Part shown: positions 1 to 10,954 of the stretch, piece after piece
Layout: each line of letters begins with the position of its first letter
How positions within the stretch are numbered: position 1 is the first letter of the stretch
DNA from: Plasmodiophora brassicae
Lineage: Eukaryota
Length of the DNA: 64,000 bases
NCBI GenBank assembly: GCA_036867785.1
Contig: CP145412.1
Coordinates: 1,302,001-1,366,000, forward strand
Direction: 5' to 3'
Notes under the pieces: model-generated
Database searches by the model: none
Told to the model about the DNA's origin: nothing
The model's input: only the letters and a program-made list of their open reading frames with translations
Position numbers and translations under genes: made by a program

Positions 1-3000
1 GCACCGTGCACCTGATGTCGCCCTGGACCGACGACGAGCGCGATCTCGTCCAGGTGATCGTCGCGCGCGTCGACGCCGTCCCCGAGGCGGTCGCCGTCCG
101 GACGATGACGGCGCTGCTGGACGAACGCATGGCGTTCCTGCATGGCCCGCGGTCGCGGGCGCTGCCGGACGCGCAGGACACCCTGCGCCTGTACGTGCAG
201 CATGTGACGACCCAGTCCAACCTGCCGTTGGCCATGCGCCTCGTGGCGTCCCGGCAGCTGGCCGCCTCGCCCGACCTGCTGCTGGAGAGCGACCAGGAGC
301 AGCGCCTCCTGCTGCGGTGGCTGGACGGCGCCGGCGGCCACGTCAGACGCGTGCTGCTGGCGCGCCTGCGCTGGCTGGCCGACGACGTGACGACGACGAC
401 GACGACGACGACGGATGCGACGCTGTACCGGATCCGGATCCGTCGCGATCAGGATAACCGCGGGTCGGTGACGTTCCCGCGCCGAAACGTCGCCAGGTAC
501 GCCGAGCTGGTGGAGCAGCAGGCGCCGGACAACGACGACGACGACGCGTCCAGGTGCTGGGCCGCTCTGCCGCGCGCCGGTGCGTCGTCGCCGGCGACGG
601 TTCGCTGCCTGATCCGCCTGGCCGCCGACCCGCAGTCGACCAAGACGACGGGCGCGCGCCTCCTCGACTGGGCGCGCCTGCGCCGCCGCTCGCCGCACGT
701 GGTCGTCAACGATCGCGTCGTTCTTCCTGTGGACGGCGAGGGCGGCTGGCTGTATTTGGAGAAGGCGGAGCAGCTCGAGGCCGACCTCGTCGAGCGCGCT
801 GTCTACGCCAGGGCCGACTGGGGCCTGGCGCCGTCGCCGGACGTCGCGTCCGCGTGCCAGGCGCTCATGGACCGGTTCCGGGCGCGTTCCCTCGCCGACA
901 CGGACGACATCGCGGCACCCGTCACGCGGGACACGTCCACGCTCGAGTTCTACGCGACGCCCGACCAGCAGGCCAGCGACGAGGACCTGATCCGGCGCGC
1001 CCGGGCGGCGCTCGCCCCGCTGGCGGCGCCGCCCGCCGCGCGTCCCGAACGGGTCGTCGCACCGGCCGACCTGACGACCCGGGCGACGATGGCGGGCGTG
1101 GCCCAGATCGAAGGCGACATTCGGGCGCTGGCGGCGCAGTACCTGTCGCCCGTCGTGCGCCCGATCCAGGCGCCGACCACCGACCAGTACGCCGTCGACG
1201 GCGACGAACACGTTCGGCGGCGCAGCGCGACGGTACGTGACGACCTCGAGCAGGGGGCCGCGACGCTCGTCGGCACGCAGACGACGTACCGGTTCGTCAA
1301 GCCCGAGTGGAGACCCGTTCTCAGCAGCGGCCTGACCAAACACGTCGCCACCCTGTCGGACATGTTCAACAGCAAGGTGGTCGACGTCGTCGGGCGGGTC
1401 GGCAGCCACCCGTCCTGGGACGTCGGCTATCGTCCCGGGTTCGACTGGCAGGCGCTGCTGCCGTTGCTGTCCAGCGGGACCAGGTCGCGGTACAGGACCC
1501 GGTTCCCCGAGCTCGCCGACGACGACGTCGACGGCCTCCACGCCAGCCTCGTCGAGCTGGTCGTCGTCGTCACCGGCCTGCAGCACGCCGAGCGTTGCCT
1601 GCGCCTTGTCGACGGCGACGAAACGCTGCTGGCGCAGGCGCTGATGCAGGAGCGCCTGCCGATCGACGAGGTCGTCCGGCGCCCGTTCCTGGCCGTCTTC
1701 GAGGCCAGCGCTGACGTGCGCCTGCGACCGGACCAGGTCGGCGACCTGCTCGCCCTGATCGGCCCGGACCCGTCCACGTTCCCGTCGATGGTCCTGCAGC
1801 GGCTGATGGGCGGCGGCAAGACGTTCGTGCTGGGCACGCTGCTCGCGCTGACCAAGGCCGACGGGTACCACCTGTCGGTCATGGTCCCTCCGGCGTCGCT
1901 CTTCGAGCTGAACGCCCCCGAGATCATGACGCGGTCGACCAGGTTCTTCGGCCAGGGCGCCAGCGTCGTCGTGTTCGAACCCAGCAACGCGCAGGTCGCC
2001 GTCGACCGCCTTCGCGACCTGTACGACACGCTGGTCGCCGCGATCGCCAACGGCCGATACGTCCTGATCGCGCCGGCGTCGCTGCACTGCATGGAGAACA
2101 CGTACATTGCCATGGCGCGGGCGGCCGACCCCGCGAAACGCGAGTCGCTGGCGTTGCTCGGCGCCATCATGCGCCTGCTCAGCGAACGCGGCGCCGTCAC
2201 GTTCGACGAGATCGACATGACGCTGGACCCGCGCCGGGAGTATAACCTGCCGCTGCCCGGCCCGGGCGGCAACCCCGACGACGTCGTCGCCCGCCTGACC
2301 GCCCACCTGTTCCTGTTCATGGCGACCGGGCACGGTCGCCCGGAGCACAAGGCCATGGTCGACGCCGTCGGCCTGCACGCCAACCGTCAGGCACTGATGC
2401 CGCGCCACACCTACGACAACGACGTCCTGCCGCACCTGATCGCCCAGTCGATCGCCTACCTGAAGGCGGAATCGTCGTCGTCGTCGTCGTCGGGGACGTC
2501 CTTTTCCGACGCCGACATGACCACGATCCTGTCGGCGGCGACGGGCGGCCTGTCGCAGTTCGCCGACCGCGTCCACGACGACGACTTCCAGCGCCTGGCG
2601 CTGATCCACGCCCAGCTGCACGACATGATCCCGTTCGCCCTGCAGGGCAGCGTCTCGCAGCATTATGGCCGGTCGTTCGAGCGGCCGCACGACCCGATCC
2701 CGGTGCCGTACGCGGCCGCCAACACGCCGTCGGAGCGCAGCGAGTTCGCCAACCGATGGGAGGTCGTCAACCGCGCCTGCATCATGCACGTGGCGCAGGG
2801 CCTCAGCATGCACGAGGCGCGGGCGTTCATCGAGTCCCTGCTGTCCGACGCGTTCGACGACGTGGACCGGCAGGCGGCCGCCGGGTCGAACGTCAGGGCG
2901 CTGATCGATGGCAGCGCCGCCGGGCAGACGTTCCGACAGGTGAAGGGCCTGCCCGCCGAGATGACGCTGTCGAAGGTCGACCCGAACAAGGAGGCCCACG

Positions 3001-5246
3001 TCGGGCTCGTCTGCACGGCGCTGCGCCGCCTGGACAACGTCGGCCTCGTGATGGCGTTCGTCGAGACGCACGTCCTCGGGCAGATCCGGTCGGTGACGCA
3101 GCAGGTCGTCGGCAACGCCGCCAACCTGGCGTCCATGTTCGCGTCCGTCCAGGGGTACTCGGGCACGATCGAGAACCTGTTCGTCTTCCCGCACCGGGTC
3201 TACGCGCGCCGGGCAACCGCCGTCCGGGCCGACCCGGGCGCCAACGGCCAGGTCCTGATGCGGGTCATCGGCCAGGGCGACGCCCTCGTCCACGACGTCG
3301 ATGCCGCCAGCGACGTCACCGACCTCGTCGGCGTCGACGTGCACGCGTGCGCCCTGATCGACATTGGCGCGTTCTTCAAGAGCGTCCGCAACGAGGACGT
3401 GTCGCGGCGCATCCTGGACGCAACCGAGCCCGGGCGCGTCGCCGGCGTCCTCTACTTTGACGAGCGCACGAACCGCCTGCGGGCCATGATGCGCGCCGAC
3501 CCGGATCGCCCGGTGACGCTGCCCGGCAGCGACCTGGCGACGATCACGGCCCGGACGGGCCTGGCGCCCGACCGCCTGTTCACGTACTACGACCACCGGC
3601 ACATCACCGGCGCCGACATCGTCCAGCCCGCCGCCGGCGTCGCCCTGGCCACGTTCTCGTCGACGACGCCGCTGCGCGACCTGCTCCAGGGCGTCATGCG
3701 CATGCGACGGTTCCTGCACACGCAGGCGGTCCGGTTCCTGGTCGCCGACCTGCCCGGGCGCGAGTGCAACGTGGCCGGCATGCTCCGGTCCGCCCAGCGC
3801 GTGCAATTCGAGGACGAGCGCGGCCAGAACCGCCAGGCGGCCCTGCAGAAGATCGACGATGCCGTGCGCCGGCGCGTCCTTCGCGTCGCCTTCCGGGACG
3901 ACGACGACGGCGGCGTCGGCTCGCCCGACATCATCGCCCGCGCCGACCACGTCATCGTCCGCGTCCTGACCGACGATTACACCGGTCGGGTCGTCCGGGC
4001 GCAGACGGAGGTGCTGACGAAGGCGGTCCTCGAGCGGCACGTCGCCGCGCTGCTGGAGCGAAGCGCCGACCTGGTCCCCGACGCCACCGAGCTGAAGGAC
4101 GAGCTGGACGCCATTGTCGAGTCGTTCCCCATGCCGGATGACCGCCTCCTGCAGAGCGACCTGCTGGACGGGGCGTCGCCGCAGGGCAACGTCGTCGAGC
4201 AGCAGGTCGAGCAGCACGTCGAGGTCGAGGTCGAGATCGACGTCGAACAGGACGTGATCGTCCCTGGGATCGCGCCGCTCGTTGCCCCGTTTGTCGGCGG
4301 CTTCCGGCAGCAGGTCTCGTGCGAGGCGACGACCGCGTTCAGCTCGTTGAACGACGAGCTTCAGCGCGCCGCCGCCGCGACCGGCTCACCGGTGCAGGTC
4401 GCGCTGGCGTCGGCGCGTCTGTTCGCCGACAACATACTCGCCACGGCGCGCTTCCTGACGACACGACAGGAGCCGAACGCCGACGACCCGGTCAGCAGGT
4501 ACCGGAAGACGCCGTTCGAGATGGCGGTGGCGGCGCCCCATCGTCGTGGCAGGCTGCTCGTCGTCCTGTCCGACATCGACGAGCTGAACGAGTTGCTGAC
4601 GTCGACGGGTGCCGACCACGACGGATCGCCCAATCATGTATGCCGACACGTCCATGTCGTGACACCCACCGGCGTCAGCGAAACAAGCGATCGCCTCGCC
4701 CCGATCGCCGACCGGCACATGGCCGCCATGAACCGCCTGTCGCTGGACGTCCTGCTCTACTATGGCGCGTTCGGCGCCGTCGACAATCGCATCGTGGCGT
4801 TCAGGGGCGGGGCCGCCGACGCGCCCGTCGAGCGCGTGCTCGGGTCGACGACGCACCTGGCCCTGCTCAAGGTCTACTTCGACGACGTGCTCCGGATGGG
4901 CGAAGAGCAACGCCGGCAGTGGGGTCGCAGCCTGCTGCGCGAGGCATGCAACCAGGCGGTCCAGGGCATGACCCTGGACGTCGGCACGATCGCGGCCCTC
5001 GCCAAGCAATACGCCAGCGAACGCATTGTCGATGACGGCGACGAGGACGGGGACGGGGACGCCGCCACGAACACCACCACGGGCACCGCCAATACCATCA
5101 CCATCATCATCGTAACAGTCATCGCGGCCGCCATAGTCGTCGCTGTCGGCGCCGCGATCGCGAACTGGCGTGGTCGGCGATCCAGGGCGCGGGCGGCGGC
5201 GGCGGCGGCCCCAGCGTATCCATCGCCGACCCAGACCGTCGAATAA
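1..5246 (+). CDS. Giant intronless P-loop/SF2-helicase-like protein (DUF3638-type) with C-terminal transmembrane helix; 5' end lies outside the window
   Basis: Uninterrupted 1746-codon ORF open at the window edge. Motifs: LRPDQ (Q-like), QRLMGGGKT (Walker A), FDEID (Walker B), GYSGT, YYDHRHITGADI, LLQGVMRMRRF, EQQVEQHVEVEVE. Hydrophobic TITIIIVTVIAAAIVVAVGAAIA is followed by a basic tail. Confidence 0.75.
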   Translation, partial: TVHLMSPWTDDERDLVQVIVARVDAVPEAVAVRTMTALLDERMAFLHGPRSRALPDAQDTLRLYVQHVTTQSNLPLAMRLVASRQLAASPDLLLESDQEQRLLLRWLDGAGGHVRRVLLARLRWLADDVTTTTTTTTDATLYRIRIRRDQDNRGSVTFPRRNVARYAELVEQQAPDNDDDDASRCWAALPRAGASSPATVRCLIRLAADPQSTKTTGARLLDWARLRRRSPHVVVNDRVVLPVDGEGGWLYLEKAEQLEADLVERAVYARADWGLAPSPDVASACQALMDRFRARSLADTDDIAAPVTRDTSTLEFYATPDQQASDEDLIRRARAALAPLAAPPAARPERVVAPADLTTRATMAGVAQIEGDIRALAAQYLSPVVRPIQAPTTDQYAVDGDEHVRRRSATVRDDLEQGAATLVGTQTTYRFVKPEWRPVLSSGLTKHVATLSDMFNSKVVDVVGRVGSHPSWDVGYRPGFDWQALLPLLSSGTRSRYRTRFPELADDDVDGLHASLVELVVVVTGLQHAERCLRLVDGDETLLAQALMQERLPIDEVVRRPFLAVFEASADVRLRPDQVGDLLALIGPDPSTFPSMVLQRLMGGGKTFVLGTLLALTKADGYHLSVMVPPASLFELNAPEIMTRSTRFFGQGASVVVFEPSNAQVAVDRLRDLYDTLVAAIANGRYVLIAPASLHCMENTYIAMARAADPAKRESLALLGAIMRLLSERGAVTFDEIDMTLDPRREYNLPLPGPGGNPDDVVARLTAHLFLFMATGHGRPEHKAMVDAVGLHANRQALMPRHTYDNDVLPHLIAQSIAYLKAESSSSSSSGTSFSDADMTTILSAATGGLSQFADRVHDDDFQRLALIHAQLHDMIPFALQGSVSQHYGRSFERPHDPIPVPYAAANTPSERSEFANRWEVVNRACIMHVAQGLSMHEARAFIESLLSDAFDDVDRQAAAGSNVRALIDGSAAGQTFRQVKGLPAEMTLSKVDPNKEAHVGLVCTALRRLDNVGLVMAFVETHVLGQIRSVTQQVVGNAANLASMFASVQGYSGTIENLFVFPHRVYARRATAVRADPGANGQVLMRVIGQGDALVHDVDAASDVTDLVGVDVHACALIDIGAFFKSVRNEDVSRRILDATEPGRVAGVLYFDERTNRLRAMMRADPDRPVTLPGSDLATITARTGLAPDRLFTYYDHRHITGADIVQPAAGVALATFSSTTPLRDLLQGVMRMRRFLHTQAVRFLVADLPGRECNVAGMLRSAQRVQFEDERGQNRQAALQKIDDAVRRRVLRVAFRDDDDGGVGSPDIIARADHVIVRVLTDDYTGRVVRAQTEVLTKAVLERHVAALLERSADLVPDATELKDELDAIVESFPMPDDRLLQSDLLDGASPQGNVVEQQVEQHVEVEVEIDVEQDVIVPGIAPLVAPFVGGFRQQVSCEATTAFSSLNDELQRAAAATGSPVQVALASARLFADNILATARFLTTRQEPNADDPVSRYRKTPFEMAVAAPHRRGRLLVVLSDIDELNELLTSTGADHDGSPNHVCRHVHVVTPTGVSETSDRLAPIADRHMAAMNRLSLDVLLYYGAFGAVDNRIVAFRGGAADAPVERVLGSTTHLALLKVYFDDVLRMGEEQRRQWGRSLLREACNQAVQGMTLDVGTIAALAKQYASERIVDDGDEDGDGDAATNTTTGTANTITIIIVTVIAAAIVVAVGAAIANWRGRRSRARAAAAAAPAYPSPTQTVE

Positions 5247-5533
5247 ACAGACTGGCTAACGCTGCTTGCTGCAATAGCGATGACGCGCGGGAGCGGATGG
5301 CACGTCCCTATCACATACGCCCAGCAGAAGCGAGGGGGCGATAACGCATACGTCACGATGATGCCCCGCGTCAGGGTCTTCGTCCTTATTGACGACTAAG
5401 CAACCCCTCTTGCGTATCTAGAGTAATGGAAACAATTGTTCGTTAGGTAGTGTGCTAGCTAGTCGGGATTGCGCATGAAGAGGATGGCGTAATCGGTAGG
5501 TATTCGGGCGACCGCCACGGCCAATTTTGTGGC

Positions 5534-5813
5534 ATGGCGTCGAACGTGCCGAAGTATCTGTATCCGGGTAGGTGGGTGGCGATGGGCAGGAGGGGTTGGG
5601 GGCCTGGGGTTGACTGTGCCTGTAGTGCTGGTGACGGCGTGCCCCGTGTCGATCTTCACCGGATACCTGGTCCGGGAGATCAACGACGGGCGCAGGGAGG
5701 ACGATGTGAATATGTTGATCCTGAGGCGGCAGGCGAGGGCCGTCGCATTGGCGCTGATCAGAAACCCAGATGCGCCCATTCCGGACCCGTTCTTTCCGAC
5801 GTTCCCCGAATAA
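5534..5813 (+). CDS. Small (~73 aa) protein of unknown function, 2 exons
   Basis: ATG 5534; a 58-nt GT-AG intron (5568-5625, TTGAC near the acceptor) gives MASNVPKYLYPVLVTACPVSIFTGYLVREINDGRREDD...PFFPTFPE*. Confidence 0.45.
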
Positions 5814-5952
5814 TAATGCTGTACTAGTTCCAATTGCCGGTACCTAACACTCTCTGTGACATTGAGCGAACACGGAACACGCCCAGGGCAGCCAAGTCCA
5901 GGATGATTCGAGGCGAGTTTATCCAGCGGGGAACGATTTCAGCCTTCGGCAT

Positions 5953-6252
5953 TCAGGGCAGAGGCGCTGCGTCGCGTATGCGAGAACGCCGGAAACGGTC
6001 CAAATCGGCGTCGAGGCTTGTGATGGCATTACGCCGGGCCCGCAGGCGGTCGGTCCAGTTCGCAGGGACGTCAGGGAACTCGTCGTCGTAGTTGTCAACG
6101 TCAGAATCATCGACGTCGCCGTTGGCATAGGTTTCGGCGTCATTCGCGCGACGACGGGGCATGCGGAAAGCTGGGCTGCCGATCATGGCCTCGGCGACGT
6201 ATCCCATGGCGATCAGCGCCACCAGAACCGCAATCACCGCGAACACCTTCAT
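5953..6252 (-). CDS. Small secreted protein (99 aa), unknown function
   Basis: Signal peptide MKVFAVIAVLVALIAMGYVAEA; acidic middle and Arg-rich flanks; single exon. Confidence 0.7.
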   Translation of the reverse strand: MKVFAVIAVLVALIAMGYVAEAMIGSPAFRMPRRRANDAETYANGDVDDSDVDNYDDEFPDVPANWTDRLRARRNAITSLDADLDRFRRSRIRDAAPLP

Positions 6253-6762
6253 GTTGTTGTCGTTGCACGCTCCAACGCGAATGCGGTCTGGTCCTGCAAG
6301 ATGGCCCAGCGCTCTGCAAGACCAGGAAGGTCTGCCACGTGTGACTAGCGTTGGTTCGCGAGACGCGTGCGCTGGTCAAGTTTGTTCGTCGCCGGCTATA
6401 TTTAGCGGACCGCGACTGCGGATGAATCGCGATGCTGATTACTGATTAGGACCGTACAAGTACAGAGACGCCTGGTGACTGAACTCCTTCCTGCCTGTGC
6501 TGTCTGTCAGGTCCCGAAACCGGTCATTCCAGCACATCGTACGGCGGGTTCGACGCCCACCAAGCCGACTCCCATGCGGCGACGTATACGTCCGTCGCCT
6601 CCCCATTGGCCAGGCGTCTTGCCGCCTGATGCAGTGTTCGCGTTCGGGTGCTCTCTACGATAGTGGGGCGACCCGCAAGCCAACCGAATGCTGCCAGATG
6701 AATGTACACAGGTAGCGGGGTGCGATCTGCGTTCGTGCAAATAGAACACGGGCGCCGTCGGG

Positions 6763-7946
6763 ATGTCCGCCGTGAAAGGCGCTGTCGTCGATGGCGACCT
6801 GGCGGCGGAGATCGGCAGGTGGGCCGCGACCGGCGCTGTCGTGTACGGGATAGCGAGCGGGGCGCACGTGTTCGCTGTGGGCGCGCTGCCCATCCCGGAG
6901 GGGCCGCCGTCGACGGCCGCGTGGGTCAACGCGTTTATCGACCAGGTGCGGCCGATTCTTCCTGGTGGCATTGAGCCCGTCGGCGTCCTGTCCAACGCGA
7001 CGCGCGATGGCGCTGACGTCGACCTCACGTTTTCGACCGATGAGCGAGGTGCGCTTCGGTGCCTGCGCCGGTCGGCGTCCTCAACGGTGGCCGTTCCTGT
7101 CAAGACGCAGCCGGGGTTGGCGTCGTCGCTGCACTGCCTCACCGGTGTCATCGATATCGGCTCACACGATCTGCCGTTCCCGTCGACGCGCGAAGTAGCC
7201 GCCCAACGCCTGAGCGAATCGATCAGCGCGTATATGGCGAAGGCCCTGTTCCTGATCGATGGCAAGCAGGTCGCTGCAGAGGATTCATCGTCCGTGTCGA
7301 GCCTGGGCAACAAGGACGGGGAGCATTCTGTGGAGTTCCTGGTCAGCACCCTGATGTCGACGCCGGTATCGCCGCCCCGTGTCCGCTTCTCCGGATCGCA
7401 GCAGGTGCTGGCGTACGTTCTTCCCACAGCGTCGATTACTGAGGCTGTTCGTGCCGTTGTCGACGACGTCACCCGCAGGTAATGCTGCATGTTCTCACAG
7501 AATTGCATGCCTCGATTCGAATGACCCTTGCTGTCAGCTCATTGCACCGCCTTCGAGTGTTTTCCGAGGATTCTCCCACCGAATGGTCCTGGGCACCCGA
7601 CGACGCTTCCGAGGGTCGGAAACCGGCCGTGTTCCATCTGCCGCGACGTCTCCCGTTCCCTGTCGGCCACGTTCGTCTCTCCGACTACGCGTTCCCCGGC
7701 GAATCCGTCGACGAAGTCAACGAACGCGTGGACGAGTTCACCGGGCGTTCGAACGCCTTCGAATCGTTCGGGGCGGTCGTTGAGGAATTCCCTACGATCG
7801 ACGAGCAGCGCCCTCCGGTTCCCCAGGCTATCGTCCGATCGACGCCGGCCGCAAAGCCATCGTTCCTGGACCTTCGCCTCCTGTTCGTTCTCGTTGTCCC
7901 TATTGTGATCGCGCTGCTCGTCACCGGTACCTGGAGACTGCACTAA
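6763..7946 (+). CDS. ODR-4-like tail-anchored ER membrane protein
   Basis: WV..FIDQVRPILPGGIEPVGV at the N-terminus, LPRRL..RLSDYAFPGESVDEV near the C-terminus, and a C-terminal TM helix. One intron at ~7479-7537 joins the two ORFs. Confidence 0.7.
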
Positions 7947-8067
7947 ACGATGGGATCCCCCGGGCACGCGACGTGATTGGTTGCGAAAGCCATAATAATA
8001 TTGTAAACGCTGAACTGGAGAGAGAGAGAGAGAACGGGTCGACGGCAGATTATAGGGGGGACCTGGG

Positions 8068-8679
8068 CTATGACGCCAGAGCCATTAACGACTTGATCGC
8101 GTCCACGGCCGTTTGATCAGTGGCAGTCGGCTGTGAGCGCCCGCGCTGGATCGCGTCCACCAGGCTGACGATGCGCTCGTTTCTATACCGCCCCGCTGTA
8201 ACGGAGCGTTGTATGACGCGCCATCGGTCTTCGAGCGTGGGCAGATCCCGGGACAGCAGGCCCGAGGCCGTTCGGACGGCCTCCCAGTCCGTGTCGCCGT
8301 GATCCAGGATGGCGCGTAGTAACTTGACGTCGGTCGCCGGTGTCCACTTGCGCTTCCGCGTTTCGTCGTGATCGTTTGATGATGACTGCCTTCTCGGTGC
8401 TGGAACGGGTTGATCGATATCACTCTCGTCGTCCGCCATGGCTGACAGGTCCAGCTCGGTGCAATCGTCGCAGTGGCCGTACTCGTCCATCCTGTAGGCA
8501 ACGAATCGCCAGAGCTGCTGGCATTCCGTGGGGGTTAACCGCCTCGGCGCGTCCAGCGACGACGCGACCGTCTCCCAGTCGATGGCGACCGATTTCTGCT
8601 TCGACAGGACATGGTCTCTGATCGTTTTGATCAGCGCGTGCACCAATCTAATATCATATCCGAACAGCGACGTCCGGTA

Positions 8680-8715
<36 letters not shown>

Positions 8716-8916
8716 CCTCGTCTCCTGTTTCGCCTTTCGTGACGACGGCGCCTTCCGCATCCGCGGCTGCCCGGCCGGCGACGCCTGCGCGTCACCGTTC
8801 GCCATGGCCAACGACGCCTGCGCGTCACCGTTCGCCATGGCCAACGACATGAGCCCATCAACGCCGTCCTGCCCGGAACGTATCGGCGGTTCCCCCGGGA
8901 ACATCATCGTGTTCAT
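8068..8916 (-). CDS. Myb/SANT-domain protein with polyQ tract
   Basis: Two Myb-like units: IDWETVAS...TPTECQQLWRFVAY and KRKWTPATDVKLLRAILDHGDTDWEAV...LEDRW. Start codon uncertain. Confidence 0.75.
8683..8710. repeat. (CTG)n microsatellite encoding polyQ on the minus strand
   Basis: Directly visible ctg run. Confidence 0.95.
8779..8848. repeat. Perfect 33-bp tandem duplication within the Myb gene
   Basis: cgacgcctgcgcgtcaccgttcgccatggccaa occurs twice and encodes LAMANGDAQAS twice. Confidence 0.95.
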
Positions 8917-9375
8917 GCTGCCGGCAGCCACGGCGACGTGCCTGCCACAACCGGCTGCAACACTTTGTCCGTGGCGCGCCACACACAGGTCTCTCGACGA
9001 CCCAGTGGCGGCACCAGGAAAATTGCGCCACTGGGCCAGCCGTGGCCACTGCCCTGCCACTACAGGTGGCGGAACTTGAACCACCAAACCCCTCCCCGCC
9101 AGAAGGGCACCTACCCGCCACTATGTGCAGGGCTTCGTCGCTCCCACCCGAACGTCGGACACGCACGTGCTGGCATGCTAAGGCCTCCCGTCGGGTTTCT
9201 GTCGTCGTGCGTGACGTGGCGATTCGGTATCGGGCCGGGCTCGGCGTGGCGAGCAACCGACGGCAACGCCCCTCGTGAATCGTGGTTGATGGTGGCCGAC
9301 GTCGTCTGCACGTCGGTGGCCGCGCCCGCCCGCCCCTCACGGAGACTCGGTCGCCCCATTTGGGCCGTTTCTGGG

Positions 9376-10808
9376 ATGTCCACGGGCAACAAGGCAGCCG
9401 TCCTGGCCGGTGTCGACCGGCTCGAGATTCGGGATGTGCCGATGCCGCCGGCGCCGGGTCCGAACCAGGTCGTTGTCCAGATCAAGGCGCTCGGGATCTG
9501 CGGATCCGACGTGCACTGTACGCGTGGCGGGCTCGTACGACCGCCGTTCCATCACGCCTGATACGTACTGCGATGGGGTGCAGATTGGAAGCACGGTCGC
9601 ATCGGGTCGTTTGTCCTGGAGAAGCCGATGGTAATCGGGCACGAAAGCGCCGGAATCGTTGCGAAGGTCGGCCCCAATGTCCAGCATTTGCGGGTCGGCG
9701 ACCGGGTCGCCATTGAACCCGGCGAATCGTGTCGAACGTGCCGCTTCTGCAAGACGGGGCAGTACAACCTCTGCCCGGGAATGAAATTCTTCGCCACGCC
9801 ACCCTGTCCGCTCGTTTCTGGCGTCCACATTCGCACGGCTCACCCTGCCACGTCGTACAGATGACGGGTCGCTGTGTAATTTCATCCTGCACCCGGCCGA
9901 CCTGTGCTTCCGGCTGCCCGGTAATGTGTCGCTTGAGTGTGGCGCCCTGTGCGAGCCCTTGTCGGTCGGCGTCTACGCGTGTCAGCGTGGCCAATGCCAG
10001 CCCGGGCAAACCGTCGCCGTATTCGGGGCCGGGCCGATCGGTCTAGTGTCGATGATCACCGCCTTCGCCTTCGGCGCCGTTCGCGTCATCGTTACCGATA
10101 TCAGCGACGTAGGCGGGGTCGTTCCGCATGGCGGCTATCGCTGATGGCGGGGGTGGGCACAGGAACGGCTGGAGTTCGCGAAATCCATGGGCGCGTCGGC
10201 GGTCGTCAACGTCAAGGCCCTGAACGAGAAGGTCAGCAACGCACAATAACGATGGGCTTGTGGCGTGGCCTGATGACAGTGCTATTTCTACTGCACAGGA
10301 AGTGGCGGCAGCCATCATTGGAGCGAACCAGGGCGAACCGGTGACCGATGGGCAGCATACACGTGCTTGCGCCTGCTGGAGACTGACCCTCCTTCAGGTA
10401 TCGCTGAGTATCGAATGCAGCGGCTCGGAACGCGCTGTGCGTCCAGCGATCCTCTGCACGCAGCCGGGCGGGTGCGTCACCCTGGTCGGCATGGGCAACG
10501 ATAACGCCAACATCCCCATCATCGACGCCGCCGTTCGCCAAGTTGATCTCCGAGGTGGGTTGTCGTTTCCGCGACCCCTCCCATGTACTGAACCACACAC
10601 TGCTGCTGCTGCTGCTACAGGCATCTTCCGGTACAAGAACACGTACCCGACGTGTATCTCGCTGCTGGAACGCGGACTCGTCAACGTCGTCCCGCTGATC
10701 ACCCATCGTTTCTCGCTGGAGACCTGGAGCCACGACAACCTGATCGACGGGTTCGAAACGGCGCGGACCGGCCGTGACGGCGCCATCAAGGTCATGTTCT
10801 CCTTGTAA
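9376..10808 (+). CDS. SORD: Sorbitol/xylitol (L-iditol 2-) dehydrogenase, Zn-dependent MDR family; multi-exon
   Basis: GICGSDVH, GHESAG, CRTCRFCKTGQYNLC, EPLSVG, GAGPIG, GIFRYKNTYP, LITHRF and AIKVM across short introns. Confidence 0.92.
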
Positions 10809-10954
10809 TACGGTACAACAACAACAACAGCAGCAGCAGCAGCTAGCAGCAGCGTGCCCTGGGCCAGTGCCAGTGTGTGAGCGGCGGTGCATCTCTCTCT
10901 CGTCGGCTTCGCAGACGCGCTTTTAGACGTTTGGTCGAGTCCGCTGCGCCAGCC

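Noticed and set aside
10600-10851. CTG/CAA/CAG microsatellites, also at ~389-412, 8018-8033, 16248-16273 and 40252-40272
   Set aside because: Ordinary short tandem repeats in introns, UTRs or low-complexity coding sequence.
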